A stretch of 64,000 bases of DNA, taken from assembly GCF_028641065.1 (NCBI RefSeq), contig NC_073389.1:19964001-20028000 (forward strand), written 5' to 3'. Position numbers and translations under genes: made by a program. The stretch's first letter is position 1, and each line of letters opens with the position of its first letter. This document shows positions 13,018 to 26,791 of this stretch, one piece after another. Source of the DNA: Leucoraja erinacea. Taxonomy: Eukaryota. The notes below the pieces were generated by a model, which was not told the origin of the DNA, searched no databases, and worked only from the letters and a program-made list of their open reading frames with translations.

Positions 13018-14177
13018 CTGAGGGCAAACAAACGAACGTATGAAAGATAATATTCTGCGCAATTTATTTTGATGCCGTGTGTTGTTTCATTGGCAATTTT
13101 CCCTGACTGGCCATTGGGACAGGTGATGATAATGATAATTTTCTCCGGAGATGCTGCCTGACACGCTGAGTTACTCCAGCATTTTGTGTCTATTTTTGGT
13201 GGTTATTATGTCAGCTTCATTTTCTTTGTTGACTCTTCCACCCTTCTGAATCATATGGTTTCCACTTCCTCAGCACTGAATTAGTACTGTATGTCATAAG
13301 TGATAGGAGTAGAGTAAGGTCATTCGGCCCATAAAGTCTACACCACCATTTAATCATGGCTGATCTATCTCTCTCCTAACTCTATTCTCCTGCCTTCTCT
13401 ACGTAACCTCTGACACCTGTACTAATCAAGAAGCTATCAATCTCAGCCTTAAAAATATCCACTGACTTGGCCTCCACAGCCTTCTGTGGCAAATAATTCC
13501 ACAGGTTCTCCACCGTCTGACTAAAGTCTGATTAAAGTGTGTGGTTGTTATGTAGCATGAATAATATTTTAAATATTTATATGAAGATATATTTATCAGT
13601 GATTACAACAGATGATTGGGAAATGTAATTTAAGCCATAGATTTAATATGTTTGTTTGATTTTTTTACATTAGTTTTATAAAATAGGAAATGAATAATTC
13701 ATAAAGTATTCGTAAATATCTCTGGTATCAGAGAAAAATCTAATGCATGGTAACAATGCTCATCATAATGGAAGCTGAGTATATTAACATCCTCTGCGTT
13801 GCTAACTCTCCACCAGAAGAGTTGACATTGTGTATCCTGACAGCTGATGTAAAATCTTGCACTCTGTTTCTCTCAGTGACAGCTGGTATCCCAGCTTGTC
13901 TTGTACTCCTGTCAACCCGTGCCTTGTGTGGCACTGCATCCTTTTATCTGAGAGCCCATGTTCCATTTTGTACTTAATTCCCCTGCCGACTGTGGCTTTT
14001 ATAACCTACAAGACTGCACCAACCTACTTAAAGCTTAAAAATCAATGTTAAAAGTGTCATAAATCACCAGCAGCACTGCGGAAGTTGCTGAGGATTTTGA
14101 AAAATGTCCACATTAGGTTTTGAACCTGAACAGCATTTTGACATATCCGAGATGAAATTTCACTACTAAATCTTTAC

Positions 14178-14367
14178 CGGCTGATTTCAGTTGCTTTTCT
14201 TCTGAACTCTGCCTGTTCTTTCTTTTTTTGATGTTACTAGGAACTGAGGAACTCACACAAGGGAGTTCAGCTCATCAGTTCTTGAACGAAGTGACCTTCT
14301 GACTTTCTCCGATGTTTGATTCTTAGTCCGATGAACTTTCCTTCATCATTATATGTCCAATTCTCTT
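14178..14367 (-). pseudogene. Candidate exon, 190 nt (189 nt, phase 1-1 after removing one base)
   Basis: tgtctcttttcag| acceptor and CCG|gtaaag donor; reads ENWTYNDEGKFIGLRIKHRRKSEGHFVQELMS / ELPCVSSSVPSNIKKRKNRQSSEEKQLKSA. Confidence 0.4.
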
Positions 14368-14377
14368 CTGAAAAGAG

Positions 14378-15035
14378 ACAGAAGAGACTGCAGATGCTGG
14401 AATCTTGAATAAAACACAGTGCCAGAGGAACTCAGCAGGCCAGGCAGCATCTGTGGAGGGAATGGACAGGCGACATTTTGGGTCAAGTCCCTTCCTTAGA
14501 CTGATGGAGTAGTGGGGAGAAAGCTGGAGAAGAGAGGTGGGGATGGAGCAAAGCCTGGCAAGTGATAGTTGGATAAAGGTGAGGGGGAGGGGTTACTGGC
14601 AGATGGGTGGAGGTAAGAGGTGGAGTTCAGACAAAAGGAAAGGAGGAATGAATTGTTAAGCTGGGTGGGGTGTATAAGTGTAGAAAAGGGACTTGAAAAA
14701 GAGGGGGGGATAAAAGGAAAAAGGAGATGGGAATGGTGGGAGATGGCGGGGGGGTTCAGGGTGACAATGGAGGTGGGAAAAACAATACGATAGAACTTTA
14801 TTTATCCCAGGAGGGAAATTAATTTGCCAACAGTCATAAAAAAAACACAAGATACATGAAACATGGAACAAATGGTGGGAGAAATATGTGCGTAGTGGGG
14901 TATTACTTGAAATTGGGGAATTCAATGTACATATTGTTGGGTTGTCAGCTCCCAAAGTAAAATATGAGGTGCTGTTCCTCCAGTTTGCAGTGGCCTCACT
15001 CTGACAATGGAGGAGGCCAAGGACAGAAAGGTTGG
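14378..15035 (-). mobile_element. Penelope-like element 3' region with a small nested insertion near 14780-14870
   Basis: 14955-15032 closely matches the GIY-YIG C-terminal coding segment at 44300-44380; it is followed by a pyrimidine-rich 3' tract and the common terminal repeat. Confidence 0.75.
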
Positions 15036-15517
15036 ATAGTTAATCAGAACGTAATGTAATCATTACAATGGTAATGACAAAGAGCTCCAGCTGACCTTGG
15101 AGAACAGGGTGTATGTGTTCAATGAAACTGTCGTCTCTTCTACCCTCTCCTCTTTTGAACATTATTGCTGATTCTGCCATTATTACATCTTTCAATGTGG
15201 TGTATTCTAAATCATAAGAACCGGTTGTGTAAAGAAAAAATCATCTTTGCTCTGTTATTTCCTTTTCCATTTATCAATTTGTTAACTGTACAAACTGTAA
15301 GACATTTAATAAGCACTTAACATTTTCTGCAATCAGTTGAGATTTTCAAGCATAGGTAGAGAATATTACACAATTAAGGGATTCACACTGTAAGAAGGAA
15401 TGCAAAATTCTTATTGAAGTTTGCAAAATAGATGGTTCATTGAATGTTTTGCATGGTGCCATTGAAATAGCAAATAATTAGCACCATTTGTCCGATATAG
15501 GCCTTGCATATGATCAG

Positions 15518-15790
15518 ACGGCACAGTGGTGCATCAGTTGCTGCCTGAGACTCGGGTTAAATTTTGACAATAGGTGCAGTCCGTACGGAATTTGAATGTT
15601 CTCCCTGTGATGACTGGCATAGGATTTCTCCGGGTGCTCTGCTTCCTACCACACTCCAACGATGTACAGGTTTGTCGGTTAATTGGCTTGGTAAAATTTT
15701 AAATTGTCCCTTGTGCGTGCATGATAGTGTTAGTGTGCAGTGATCGCTGGTCAGCACGGTTTCCGCACTGTATCTCTCAACTAAACTAAA
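15518..15790 (+). mobile_element. HE1-type V-SINE
   Basis: Head, V-domain and (CTAAA)n tail. Confidence 0.85.
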
Positions 15791-16484
15791 ATCAGCAAGT
15801 ACATTGTAAATGGAGTGTCAGAGATGGAGCTCTGCACATTAAAATGGGATAAATGCAAAGACTGCAATAAGCAAAATTCATCGCAGCATTCACCAAGGCA
15901 GCCACTTTTATTAAATTATTCATTCTTCGAGGCACCCTTCGCTGGCAAGGTCAGAATTTATTGCAAATCCTTATTTAGGAGCAAACAAATAATGATCAAG
16001 GAACTGTTCATCCTGGCAAGGGATCAGCAATAAAAACCACAGAAAAAATATATTTTGGTTGCTACGAGGTTCCATTAGGATGCACGTGCTAAAAGTAAAT
16101 CTGATGATGCACTTGTAAAAGTCTTGGCTGTGGGGATTTATTTTCCACAGATAAATTATTTTGTTCATTGCTCTCTGCAGCACAACGAGATCTGGTCACC
16201 TTCACAAGTGAAACATAAAGTTAGCATGCAAGTGGTTCATAAATTCAAAAGTCATGGGAGCGGAATTAGCCCTATAAGTATGAAAGAAAAATTAATATTG
16301 GCATTTTATTGCCGAAAGGATGGAGTCCAAAAAATATGATGCCTTGCTAAGATGTTTTGGTGAAATGATTTGTGGAATATTGTGTAGTGATTTTTTGTAT
16401 TATTTAAAGGGGGATATGCTTGTATAGAAGCCAGTTCAGGGATGTTCCCAGTATTGGTGCAGAATCCCAGTATTTTGTTCTGGA

Positions 16485-16784
16485 CGGCACAGTGGACCAG
16501 TGGTAGAGTTACAACCTTAAAGCGCCAGAGACTGTTGTTTGATCCTCACTACGGGTGCTATTTGTACAGAGTTTGCACATCTCCCTGTGACCTGTGTAGG
16601 TTTTCTCCCGGTGCTCCGGTTTTCTCCCGTATTCCAAAGACCTACAGGTTTGGAGGCTAATTGGCTTGGTAAGATTGTAAATTGGCCCTAGAGAGATAAT
16701 GATGGGGATAGTGCATGGGGTTCACGGTCAGTGCAAACCCCATGCACTATCCATGCTGTAACCCCAAACTAAACTAAACCAAAC
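16485..16784 (+). mobile_element. HE1-type V-SINE
   Basis: Head, V-domain and (CTAAA)n tail. Confidence 0.85.
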
Positions 16785-17189
16785 ATTGAATCCTGGGATG
16801 AAGAGGTTATGTTTTAACAAAGGATTAAGCAAAGTGGTTCTTCCTACATTTGAAATCCAAAGAATGAGAGGTGGTCTTATATAAATGGGGAAATTACAGG
16901 TCAGTTAACGTGACACCAGTAGTAGTTAATATGTTGGCATCTATTATTAAGGAAGTAGGAAGCAGGACTAATAGAAAATTATTACAGAATCAACGTAGAT
17001 TTCGAAAAGTTTACAATTCAGTTTGCAGGTTCATTTGAGACCATAGCTGGCACAATGCATAAGGGAGAACCTGAGAATTTGGTGGATTTGTAGTTTCCGA
17101 CAGGATAAGGTGGCACCCAATAGTTTATTAAATAAAATTAGAACAAATGGATGTCAGATCTTTGCCTTGATCCAAAAGCAATAAATGCA

Positions 17190-17460
17190 GATAGACACAA
17201 AAAGCTGGAGTAACTCAACAGGACAGGCAGCATCTCAATAGACAATAAGTGCAGGAGCAGGCCATTTGGCCCTTCGAGCCAGCACAGCATAGAGAAAGAA
17301 TGGGTGGCATTTTGGGTCGAAACCCTCAGCAGTCTGAAGAAGGGTATCGATCTGAAATGCCACCCATTCTTTCTCTGCAGAGATGCTGCTTGTCCCGCTG
17401 AGTTATTCCAGCATTTTGTGTCTATCTTCCGTTTAAACCAACTTCTGCGTTCCTTCATAC
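17190..17460. mobile_element. Penelope-derived fold-back element with a short CR1 tail inserted in one arm
   Basis: Reverse-complementary arms; CR1 tail at about 17236-17287; CTGAAGA...GAAA motif at 17334-17357. Confidence 0.75.
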
Positions 17461-17644
17461 ACAGCAATAAATGCAGACTTAACACCACAGAATACAAACG
17501 TTCTGTGTTTTATTCTGCCATTTTGTTATTTCCCCCAAGATGTGCTACGGTTTTATATTTTGTTATTTTGGGGGGGGGGGTTTGTGACCTCTATGTGACT
17601 AAGTGATGCATGTGACACAAAGCACCACACTATCTGTTACCATT

Positions 17645-18115
17645 TTTAACATTTCAAAATAGACTGAAATTTATTTATACAAGTAATATATACAATACAG
17701 GAACAGTGCAAAAAATTCATCTGACATTTTCGGAGGCTATACAAACATTCAATACTGTTTACACACATTGCACAAATAACACATATTTATCCCCACCCTT
17801 GTCACTCATGTGGCCCGCTGGTGTGGAATCCCTTCCCTTATTTTTGAGGGGCGTCTTCACCACACCCTGTCCCACATGTCCAGCAGCGGAAGGACCCTAG
17901 ATTGCGGTCCACCCCCACAGAGCCTTGGCATTGGTTGCACTGAGCTTCAGTGCGTCCCTCAGCATGTACTCCTGCAGTCTGCAGCGGGCCAGTCGGCAAC
18001 ATTCCCCGACCGATATCCCGCTCTTCTGGGAGGTCAACAAAGCTCGGGCAGACCAAAGGGCATCTTTCACCAAGTTGATGACCTTCCAGCAGCATTTGAT
18101 GTTACCATGACGGTG
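17645..18115 (-). mobile_element. Tx1/L1-clade LINE 3' end
   Basis: C-terminal peptide CCWKVINLVKDALWSARALL...CCRLARCRLQEYMLRDALKL resembles fish Tx1 ORF2 ends; the 3' UTR has AATAAA and an A-rich end. Confidence 0.7.
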
Positions 18116-18159
18116 GGATTGAGGATCATTTACTGGAATGTGTTGAGGGTTGGGGTTTT

Positions 18160-18908
18160 TTAGAGATGCAGTGCGGAAACAGGCCTTTTGGCTAGGGTTG
18201 TCAACTCTCTCACTCCCAAATAAGGCAGTAATCGATTCAGTCATGACTAGGTGAATGATGAGTTGGCCCGGGTGCTGGACTACACACAAAGCCCAGTCGG
18301 CAGGCCAGCTGAGGAGTTTTGGCCCGGGCATCCCATCCAACTCATGTACTGATGATCGGTCATGAGAAGGAAGGGTGGTGGTGTCGGCAGTAAGTGTAGG
18401 TCCGAAGGTCGGACAGCTGGCCGGGCTGCCAACCGATGGGGACACGGGTGAGGTGCTGCTGCTGCACTCCATGGGATGCACTACTTCAGGACGGGTGTGG
18501 CGGGGCCGGACGAGGTGCTCCGACCCGACAGTCCCCTCGACCCGAGTAGCAGCAGTCAAATCTGGGACAAGCCCCATATGGGACAAGGTAGCCCATTATA
18601 CGGGATGTCCTGGCTAATACGGGACAGTTGGAAACCCTACTTTCAACCCACCGAGTCCACAACAACAAGTGAACCCCGCACATTAACACTATCCAAAACA
18701 CACTAGTGACAATTTATTTTTGCACTGATACCAGTCCAATTAACCTACCAATCTTTGGAGTCTGGGAGGAATTCAGAAGATCTCGGAGAAAACCCAAGCG
18801 GTCACAGGGAGAACGTACAAACTCCGTACAGACAGCACCCGTAGTCGGGATCAAAACCGGGTCTCCAGCGCTGTGAGGCAGCAACTCTACCGCTGCGCCA
18901 CCATGCCG
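18160..18908 (-). mobile_element. HE1-type V-SINE interrupted by a DNA transposon
   Basis: The SINE 3' end (18160-18192) and body (18640-18908) rejoin when 18193-18639 is removed. Confidence 0.85.
18193..18639. mobile_element. Non-autonomous hAT-like DNA transposon
   Basis: Terminal inverted repeats TAGGGTTGTCAACT / AGTTGGAAACCCTA; degenerate 8-bp flanks CTTTTGGC / CTTTCAAC. Confidence 0.7.
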
Positions 18909-19584
18909 GACTGGTTGGTTAACAGATAGAAAATGGTTGGGATCAATGGGGAGGCTGTGTTACATATGGGGTGGTGGGGGGAGTGATGGAGATGGTTACT
19001 GCCACCATTTTGTCATTTATTTTCTCTTTATAGACAAGTTGCAGTTACTTTCTGTTATGGAAAATATACCTTTATTACAGCACACATTTAGTAATATGTT
19101 GTTGGATCATTCATTGTCTGGATAGGATTCAAATGTAATTGAAAGGTTGAGAATAGCCCTCTCAGCAATCCTTTTTATATCTGACCTCTCAGCTTTGCCA
19201 TGAGCAGAAAGGTTCTTCCTTCAAGAGTGCAACACTGAACGCAACACATAACAAATGCATATCTTTCTCTAGATAGTTGCTGATCTTTTGCTCAGGCAGA
19301 ATATTGCAAATAGTAAATCATGTAGGAAATAGCAAGTGCAGAATGGAACTGAAAGGCCCTAATTCTATAAACCTTGAGACGGGAATCGTAAGTACAGTAG
19401 ATGACACCAAAAAAAGATCCAAATAACGAAAACGTCCGAATAGCGAACATTTTTTCGGTCCTTGAGAAAAAGGTCCTTGAAACGTTCAAATACTATGTTC
19501 CCTGCTAACACCTCTGAATTGTCCTGATGTGGGAGATTCCGAGTCATGTTCTGCAGAGGGTTAATCCTGCATTTAACAGAGCAT

Positions 19585-20010
19585 TTGTCAGCACTGGGCC
19601 TCTACTTGCTGGAGTTTAGAAGGTTGCGGGGGGGGTCCCTCATTGAAACTTACAGAAGAATGAAAGGCATACATAGTGGATGTGAAAGGGATGTTTCCAC
19701 TGGTGGGAGAGTCTAGGACCAGAGGTCATAGCCTCAGAATTAAAGGGTGTTCTGTTAGAAAGGTGGTGAGTAGGAACTTCTTTAGTCCGAGGGTAGTTAA
19801 TCTGTGGAACTCATTGCACAGAGGGCTGTGGGGACCAAGTCAGCAGATATTTTAAAGGCAGAGACAGACAAGTTCTTGATTAGAACGGGTGTCAAGGGTT
19901 ATGGGGAGAAGGCAGGAAAATGGGATTAGGAGGCAGTGATCAGCCATGATTGAATGGCGGAGAAGACTCAATGGGCTGAAAGGCCTAATTCTACTATAAC
20001 TTGTGAACGT
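19585..20010 (+). mobile_element. HER1/CR1 LINE 3' fragment
   Basis: Degenerate ORF2 C-terminus and the GGAGAAGGCAGG...GATCAGCCATGATTGAATGGCGG tail. Confidence 0.85.
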
Positions 20011-20217
20011 GAATAATCAGTAGTATTTCTTGCATAAATAAGTGAGGTATTAAATGGCACAAGACATTGCCAAGGTGATCCATTAACTTTGTTATTATTT
20101 GAAGAGAAGGCAGTGCTGTGTTTCATTGAGGCAGAGGCTCATTTCACTCCTGTATCTTTTAAATGTCACTCACTAATATCTGTATTGGAAGGATAGATTA
20201 AATGAAATGTAACATAC

Positions 20218-20497
20218 CAGCACTGTTAACTGCGAACTTGGTGGTTGCTTGCAAATCTGAACTGGGATAAAACCCACTAATTTAATTGATAACATTTGGA
20301 AATGAGTACTGACAATCAGCACATTGATTTGCGACACCGTTGGTACCTGATCCACAGTACAACATGTCAGTTGATCTGAGTCTTTTTCAGGTGGTTTTTT
20401 TTTTCATGCGTGAATGGTACAAATGCTTGGAGATATCTTCAAATAATATCCTCAGTGTTAACCATTCATACCTCAAGCATTAATGATGTACCCACTG
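20218..20497 (-). pseudogene. Candidate exon, 280 nt (279 nt, phase 0-0 if the A10 run were A9), one TAA
   Basis: tttcatgcatgcag| acceptor and CTG|gtatgt donor; reads QWVHH*CLRYEWLTLRILFEDISKHLYHSRMKKK / PPEKDSDQLTCCTVDQVPTV...SSQLTVL. Confidence 0.4.
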
Positions 20498-20749
20498 CTG
20501 CATGCATGAAATAATAAAGTTTAATTAGTTTTATTGATGACTGGAAGTAACATATAGTTTGTTTATTTGTGTGGACTACTGCATATTGTTTCCAGAAATG
20601 GCAGACTATTTTTTTTACAATGTCCGTGGCCTGATTGCCTAAAGCAAAGACTTCTTTGATCTAAAAATAACTCCTGAGTTGGTATTAACATAACTGAGGT
20701 CTCTTTGATTTGAGAACTATTATATTTATAAATAAATATTTTTTAGACT

Positions 20750-21062
20750 TTAATTTAGACTTTAGACTTGATACAGTGCTGAAACAGGCCCTTTGGCCCA
20801 CCAAGTCTATGCCGACCAGCGTTCACTATGTAGACTAACACAATCCTACACACTAGGTGGGAGAATTTACAATTTTACTAAAGCCAATTAACTTACAAAC
20901 CTGTACATCATTAGTGAAAGGGCGGAAACCAAAGCATGTGGAGAAAACCCACGCAGTCACAGGGAGAAGGTACAAGCTCTGCACAGACAGCATCCATAGT
21001 GAGGATTGAACACGGGTCTCTGGCACTGTAAAACATTGGTTCTACCGCTACGCCACTATGCT
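20750..21062 (-). mobile_element. HE1-type V-SINE
   Basis: Full head-to-tail match to other copies; (CTAAAGT)n-type tail. Confidence 0.85.
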
Positions 21063-22586
21063 GACCTGTTCATCTATTGGCTTTAACGACCCTTCAAGTA
21101 ACTTTTTTTGAGGCTGATATTGCTATTTTCCACGCTATCCGTCCTACCAAAGACAGGATGGCATAGTGGTGTAGCTAGCAGAGCCAACAGCTCATAGAAT
21201 TGGAAACTCGGGTTCAATCCTGTTGTGCAAAATTTGCGCATTCTTCCTGTGAGCATGGGGCTTTCCCTGGATGCTCTAACTTCCTCCCACATCCTAAAGC
21301 AATGCGGGTTGTAAATTAATTGGCCACTGTAAATTCTCCCAAGTGTGTCGATGAGTGGTAGAATATGAGAGGAGTTAATGAAAATGTAGGGAGACTAAAC
21401 AATATGATTATTATGGGATGGCTAGATGATTGTTCTTGCTGACTTGGTGGGCCACAGGGATTCTTCTGGCGCTATATCTCTCTATGATGCTCAGGACTCT
21501 TGTACTAAGAACTGTGAACTGTAGGCAGAACTGTATTTAATGATCAGTCCATTAAAACAGCACCTGCATCTAATAAATGAATGGTGCAAAGATGGAGTAT
21601 TTTCCCATTATACCAACACTTCTTCCTACAACATCTCTCACTAATTGTCAGAAGTCGGGTATTAAATGATTATGAGCCCACAATACGTACAGGTTCAGTG
21701 ATTGGTAAAATTCATTGCAAACCCCACTAATGCAACGAACATCTGAAAATCTTAAAATGTGCCATCATTTACTAAGCTGTAAATGGCAAGCCTTTGCAAA
21801 ATTAAATTAGATTTTGTCTTTGAAAATCGATAGTACAAATCATACATTTCCAAATCAACATGATTCACACATTCCCCCTGAAGACAGATTCACACCTGGT
21901 AAGTTTGTATACTTATTCACAGCTTTGGAAGATGCAACTCACTATGAGCAGCAATGTCTCACAATGTTTTGCTGGAGTATACAATGTTTTTTTACAAGTA
22001 AACTGTTTTATTCCATGCACTTTAATTTATTTAATCTTCATAGTAATTCTAAACAGTGCAGAGGCTGGTAATGGGTGTGAATCCACATGCACCGTTTTTG
22101 AGAATCCCAGGGTAAGGCTCTGAATTTAGATATGAATTTAATTGAATTCTCTTTGGCTTACTAGCAAGCAATACTAAACATAATAGGTGCTTTCCCAGCT
22201 TTGTTTCCCGTAAAATGCCCCCTAAAGGAAGATATTGGGCAACTAAAATATTGAGAGCGATTCGATCTTCAAGAAATGCTCACGGAAAATAAAGAAATAA
22301 AAATCAAATCAAAGCCACGTCTTTCTTTTCCAATTTTCATCATTTAACTTTTTATTGCTTCTTTCCTTGTCTTCTACTTATGATCATTTTTTTTTTCTAT
22401 TCCTGAATGGTTGATTTGTATCTGATTCACACTTTCAATTCCTCTCCCTCATCAACTCTGTTATTGTTTTAATGTTGTTTCATTATTTTCATCATTTCTA
22501 TCTTTACAATAGTGTATTTTATTGACATCCAGATGTATTTCTGTTGCTGCTCTTTTCATTGCAAGTCGTTCCGTTTATTGTCATAT

Positions 22587-24232
22587 TGTGGCGTGGTGAT
22601 AAGCCTGAAATGAAGGCGAGGAGCCAGGTATTTGGGGAGGAATTTTATTAGTTGTTGTTCTCTTGTGCAGTCGGGTCTGCAAGAGAGCGATCGAACCTAA
22701 ACCCCTGCCCTTTATCCTTGTAGCTTAGGGCCGTCCCCAGACTAGAGGTTCGATAGTGCAATGGCCCGACCCTTGGGAGCCGCCACATGATTTCCCCCCC
22801 CCCCCATCAGAACAGGAGGCACGAAACGCACCAGCGGGCGTACAACCCAACCGGAAGTCGACCGACAAAGGGGTCGGCGGAGGCACAGGTGGAGGGTGCC
22901 GCAAATGGGGGCGACCTTGCGGCCGTGGCTGGGCAACAAGCACTGGCTGGTCAATGTCCAAATGTGCCGGCTTTAATCAGTCACTCGACACGGCCTCCGG
23001 CCGGTCCCCTCTGTCCAACACAAAGGTTTTCTGTCCATACTCCAGCACCCAGAACGGGCCTTTTTGCGGCCTCTGGAGCGGCGTCTGGTGGGCATCACGG
23101 CACAGGAAAACATAGGGGCTGTCCCGGAGGGCCAATGGCACGTGTGGGCGGAATGTCCCATGGTGGGACGTCGGCACGGGCGCGAGCCTGCCAACTCGCT
23201 CGTGAAGGCGTTGTAGGGTGGTTGAGGGCGGTACATGCTGCCCCGGCGCTGATGGCACGAACTCCCCGGGCACCATGTGTGGCACAGAATTCAGGTGCTG
23301 GCCCAGTGGCCAACCTGCTTGCGCAGATTGTGCCACATGAACCGAGCAACCACAAGTGCCGTCATCGCCCAGATGGATGGGTGAGGCAGCCCGTCGATCA
23401 CGTCGAAAAACCCTCCGGCGCCAGGTGGCAGGGAGGAAATCGGGCACTGCCGGAGTGATGGCCAGTGCGCTGATGTCATCCCGGCGCGTCATCCACAGAG
23501 CGTCAGCGTGCCTGCCAAGGGCCTGGGTGTCGGCGAACAAGGCATCGGTGAGCTGCAGGCAGATGAATATACTCAAACATGAGTGCCCATCCAGGAGCGC
23601 GACCATCTCATTAAGGAGGCTTGATGGCCGCCAGTTGCCTAGGCCCTCCATATGAAGGAGCTTGGCAGCCCGTTCCATCCCGCTGAGCCCGTAAACCTGG
23701 AGCAGGAGCTCCTTAAGGCTGAGGTATTTCTTGGCGGTCAGGGGGTCTTCGTGGAACTGTGACTTCTCCGGCCTTGTCCTGGTCGAGGGCCCCTACCAGG
23801 TAGAAGTAGCGGATGTCATCCGCCATATTGCCCCGCAGCTGGAATTGGGCCCCCGCCTGCCGAAACCAGACTCGAGGCTGGGCGGTCCAGAACTTATATA
23901 GTTTAACGGAGACCGCGTCGAGAGACAGGGCCTGGTCGGCCTGTGATGCAGACGGATGGGCGGCTCTGTCTTTTGACTCCATTATGACATCAATGGAGCG
24001 TCGGGGTCGCCAATGTGGCGCGGCCATAAGCCAGAAATGAAGGCGAGGAGCCAGGTATTTCGGGAGGAATTTTACTAGTTGGTGTTCTCTTGACCAGTCG
24101 GGTCTGCAAGAGAGCGAACCCACCTAAACCCCTGCCCTTTATCCCTGTAGCTAAGGGCCGCCCCCCGGACTAGTCCATTCCCATGCCGAGGGGTTTAATA
24201 GTGGAATGGACCGACCCTTGGGAGCCGCCACA
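22587..24232 (-). mobile_element. Internally deleted Ty3/Gypsy LTR retrotransposon, 1646 bp
   Basis: TGTGGCG...CGCCACA LTRs at 22587-22787 and 24014-24232; ATAT target-site duplication. The PBS TGGCGACCCCGACG matches the tRNA-Trp 3' end with 1 mismatch, and a G-rich PPT lies at 22788-22808. Gag N-terminus VSVKLYKFWTAQPRVWFRQAGAQF and integrase C-terminus YVFLCRDAHQTPLQRPQKGPFWV are present. Confidence 0.92.
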
Positions 24233-26760
24233 ATATGCACAAATATGATGAAGCAGAAGTAGATTAAAATTCTTGTGGCGGCAGTCCAATAAATGCATAG
24301 ACTTAGACGACATACAAAAAACATAAATTGCACTTACTGTAAATACTGCAAGATGATAAAAAGAAAAAAAAGACTGCGTTAAAACAAGACATTCGTGCAA
24401 AATGTAGGTTGAAAAACGAATCCATGAGAAGCGCAGGTGATGTCATATTGTATTCCGTTGTAGAAGTAGGATTAAGTTTGTACGGGTCAGTTCTAGAACC
24501 TGATAGTTGTTGGAAAATATCAGTTCCAGAACTTGGTGATGTGGGATTTTGGGCTACTGTACCTCTTGTCTGACAGTAACAGTGAAAATTATCTGGATGG
24601 TGGGCAGCATTGATGATAGATGCCATCATTATGAGGCACTGCCTCAGTGATGGGGCCTGTGCCCATGATGAACCGGGCTGAGTTCACCACTCTCTGCAGA
24701 TTCCTGTGCTCACATTAGCTTTTGTTTGCAGAATATGACAATATAACTGCAACTGGAGAGAATGAATTGTCTGGCAAGGCAGCCCTTTTGGAGAGATAAA
24801 TTAGTTGATTTAGCTTATAAAAAAAGGTTAGAAATTTCATGATTGTGGCACAGGCTTCACAACGAGGAAAGTAATATATAGAATATTTCAAGGAATAAGA
24901 AGGAACTGCAGATACTGGTTTATACTAAGGATAGGCACAGTGCTGGAGCAACTCAGTGGATCAGGCAGCCAGAAGGGTCCTGACTTAAATCGTCACCCAT
25001 CTTTTTTCTATAGAGATGCTGCCTGACCCACAGAGTTACTCCAGCACTTTGCACTTATCTTTAGTATGAACCAGTACATCTTGTGTTAATATGCCTCCGA
25101 AACAACACAGTGCTCTGAATCATTCCAGTCATGAATATGACACAAGTAACACAATTCAAGTAATTTGTGGAGAGAATTAGCAGTTAAGTACCAATTTGTA
25201 AGGTAAAACAGGTTACTGCATACAATTAATTTACCACAGAAATATTAATTGATTATGTCCTGGCTAATCACTTGTGACTGTATTCATTCAAGTTTGCAGC
25301 ATTAGATCTGTATTATTATTGAGATTAGATGGTGAAAAACTATACGGTGAATTGCATAAAGCAGTAGGTAATATAATTGCACTGCTGTTACAGTACCAGG
25401 CAATCAATTCTAATGAGGATTTGAATGAGATTATTGGATGTTTTGAGGTCTGAGAATCAATCTTGTACACGTCCTGAGAATGTCCTTAGTCTCTGAATAT
25501 TGAATTCTGTGGTACTGTATTAAAGAGTATTAGAAAGTAAGTCACCTCGAGATGTAAAATGTGCCCTCATTGTATGACTTAGAAGAAATTGCTGAGTGAA
25601 TCAAAGTTCATTAATTTATTGAACAGAGCATTCAAGGCATATGATTATAGGGACTGGGCTGGACCACTCTTCCCCTCGAGTATATTCCATCATTCTATTA
25701 GATCATGACTGATCTCTCCCTCAAATGCATTAACCTGCCTTTAGTCTCTACCTTTTGAAGCACTTACCTTGCAAAAATCAATTAACACTCTCAATTTTGA
25801 AAATAGCATTTGACCCAGCATTAATAAGCTTTTGAAAAGAGCGTTGTGTGTCTTCACTACATTTTATTCGGCAAAAGTTTTTCCTGCTTCACTTCCAATT
25901 GATTTAATTTTAATGTTACGTTTGGTCCCATATTCTAAATTTATTTCACAACCTCTTCTATCAAATCCTTTCATCACTTGGAAATCTTTGATTGGATCTG
26001 CCCTCAATCTTTTCAGCCCAGGTGAATACAAACGATATTTGTGCAAATCTTTTCTCAGGTTTTAATCCTACAAACCGTAGTGCCATTCTGTTGAATGTGA
26101 TGATTAGAGAACAGCGGATCAGGATTTTGAAAAGCGCACGGATTTATTATCTTTTCGTCACGCAAGCGTTGTTACATTTTCAGAATGACTTTCTTGGTGC
26201 TCTGTTTCAATCCAGCCAGTAACCTCTGCAAGATGAGGATCCACACTGCACAAAGAAGCAAAAGGCAACCTCGTGCAGATGTCCAATCAGTTAGGAAATG
26301 CTGAGTTTGAGTTTAGTTTACTGTCACGTGTACTGCGGTACTGTGAAAAGCTTACCTGAAAAGACAATACGTTATTACAATCGAGCCATCCAAGGTGTAC
26401 AGATACATGGTTTATGGGATAACATGAATAATGTTTGGTGCAAGGTAAAGTCCGATTATAGATAGTCCGAGGGTCCCAATGAGGTAGATAGTAGCTCAGG
26501 ACCGCTCTCTAGTTTTTTTTGTATGAAAGTTTAGTTGCCCATTAACAGCTGCGAAGAAACTGTCCGGGACTCTTGACGTGTGTGTTTTCACACTTTTGTA
26601 CCTCTTGCCCGAGGGGAGAAGACATACTGGCCGGGGTGCGACTCGTCCTTGATTATGCTGGTGGCCTTGCCGAGGCAGCGTGAGGTGTGCAAGGATCTTC
26701 TGATCTTCGCTCCTGTAATTGATCATCAAAATTCCAAACTGCGTTTCAAAATTAACTCAC

Positions 26761-26791
26761 CTTCAGTTTCATTCTTCATCACGCTGCATTT
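26761..26791 (-). pseudogene. Candidate 31-nt micro-exon (KCSVMKNETE)
   Basis: ccctttttaaatttag| acceptor and consensus AAG|gtgagt donor. Confidence 0.3.

Noticed and set aside
17897-18586. 229-aa ORF
   Set aside because: It is a chance read-through across a hAT element, a SINE tail and a Tx1 3' end.
21896-22119. Additional exon candidate
   Set aside because: Splice-like signals occur on both strands and there are several stops, so the strand cannot be decided.
22756-23655. Plus-strand ORFs of 99-223 aa
   Set aside because: They are antisense shadows of the minus-strand Gypsy remnant.
25298-25513. Protein-like frames on both strands
   Set aside because: These are mirror open frames under 65 aa without a convincing acceptor-donor pair; left unassigned.
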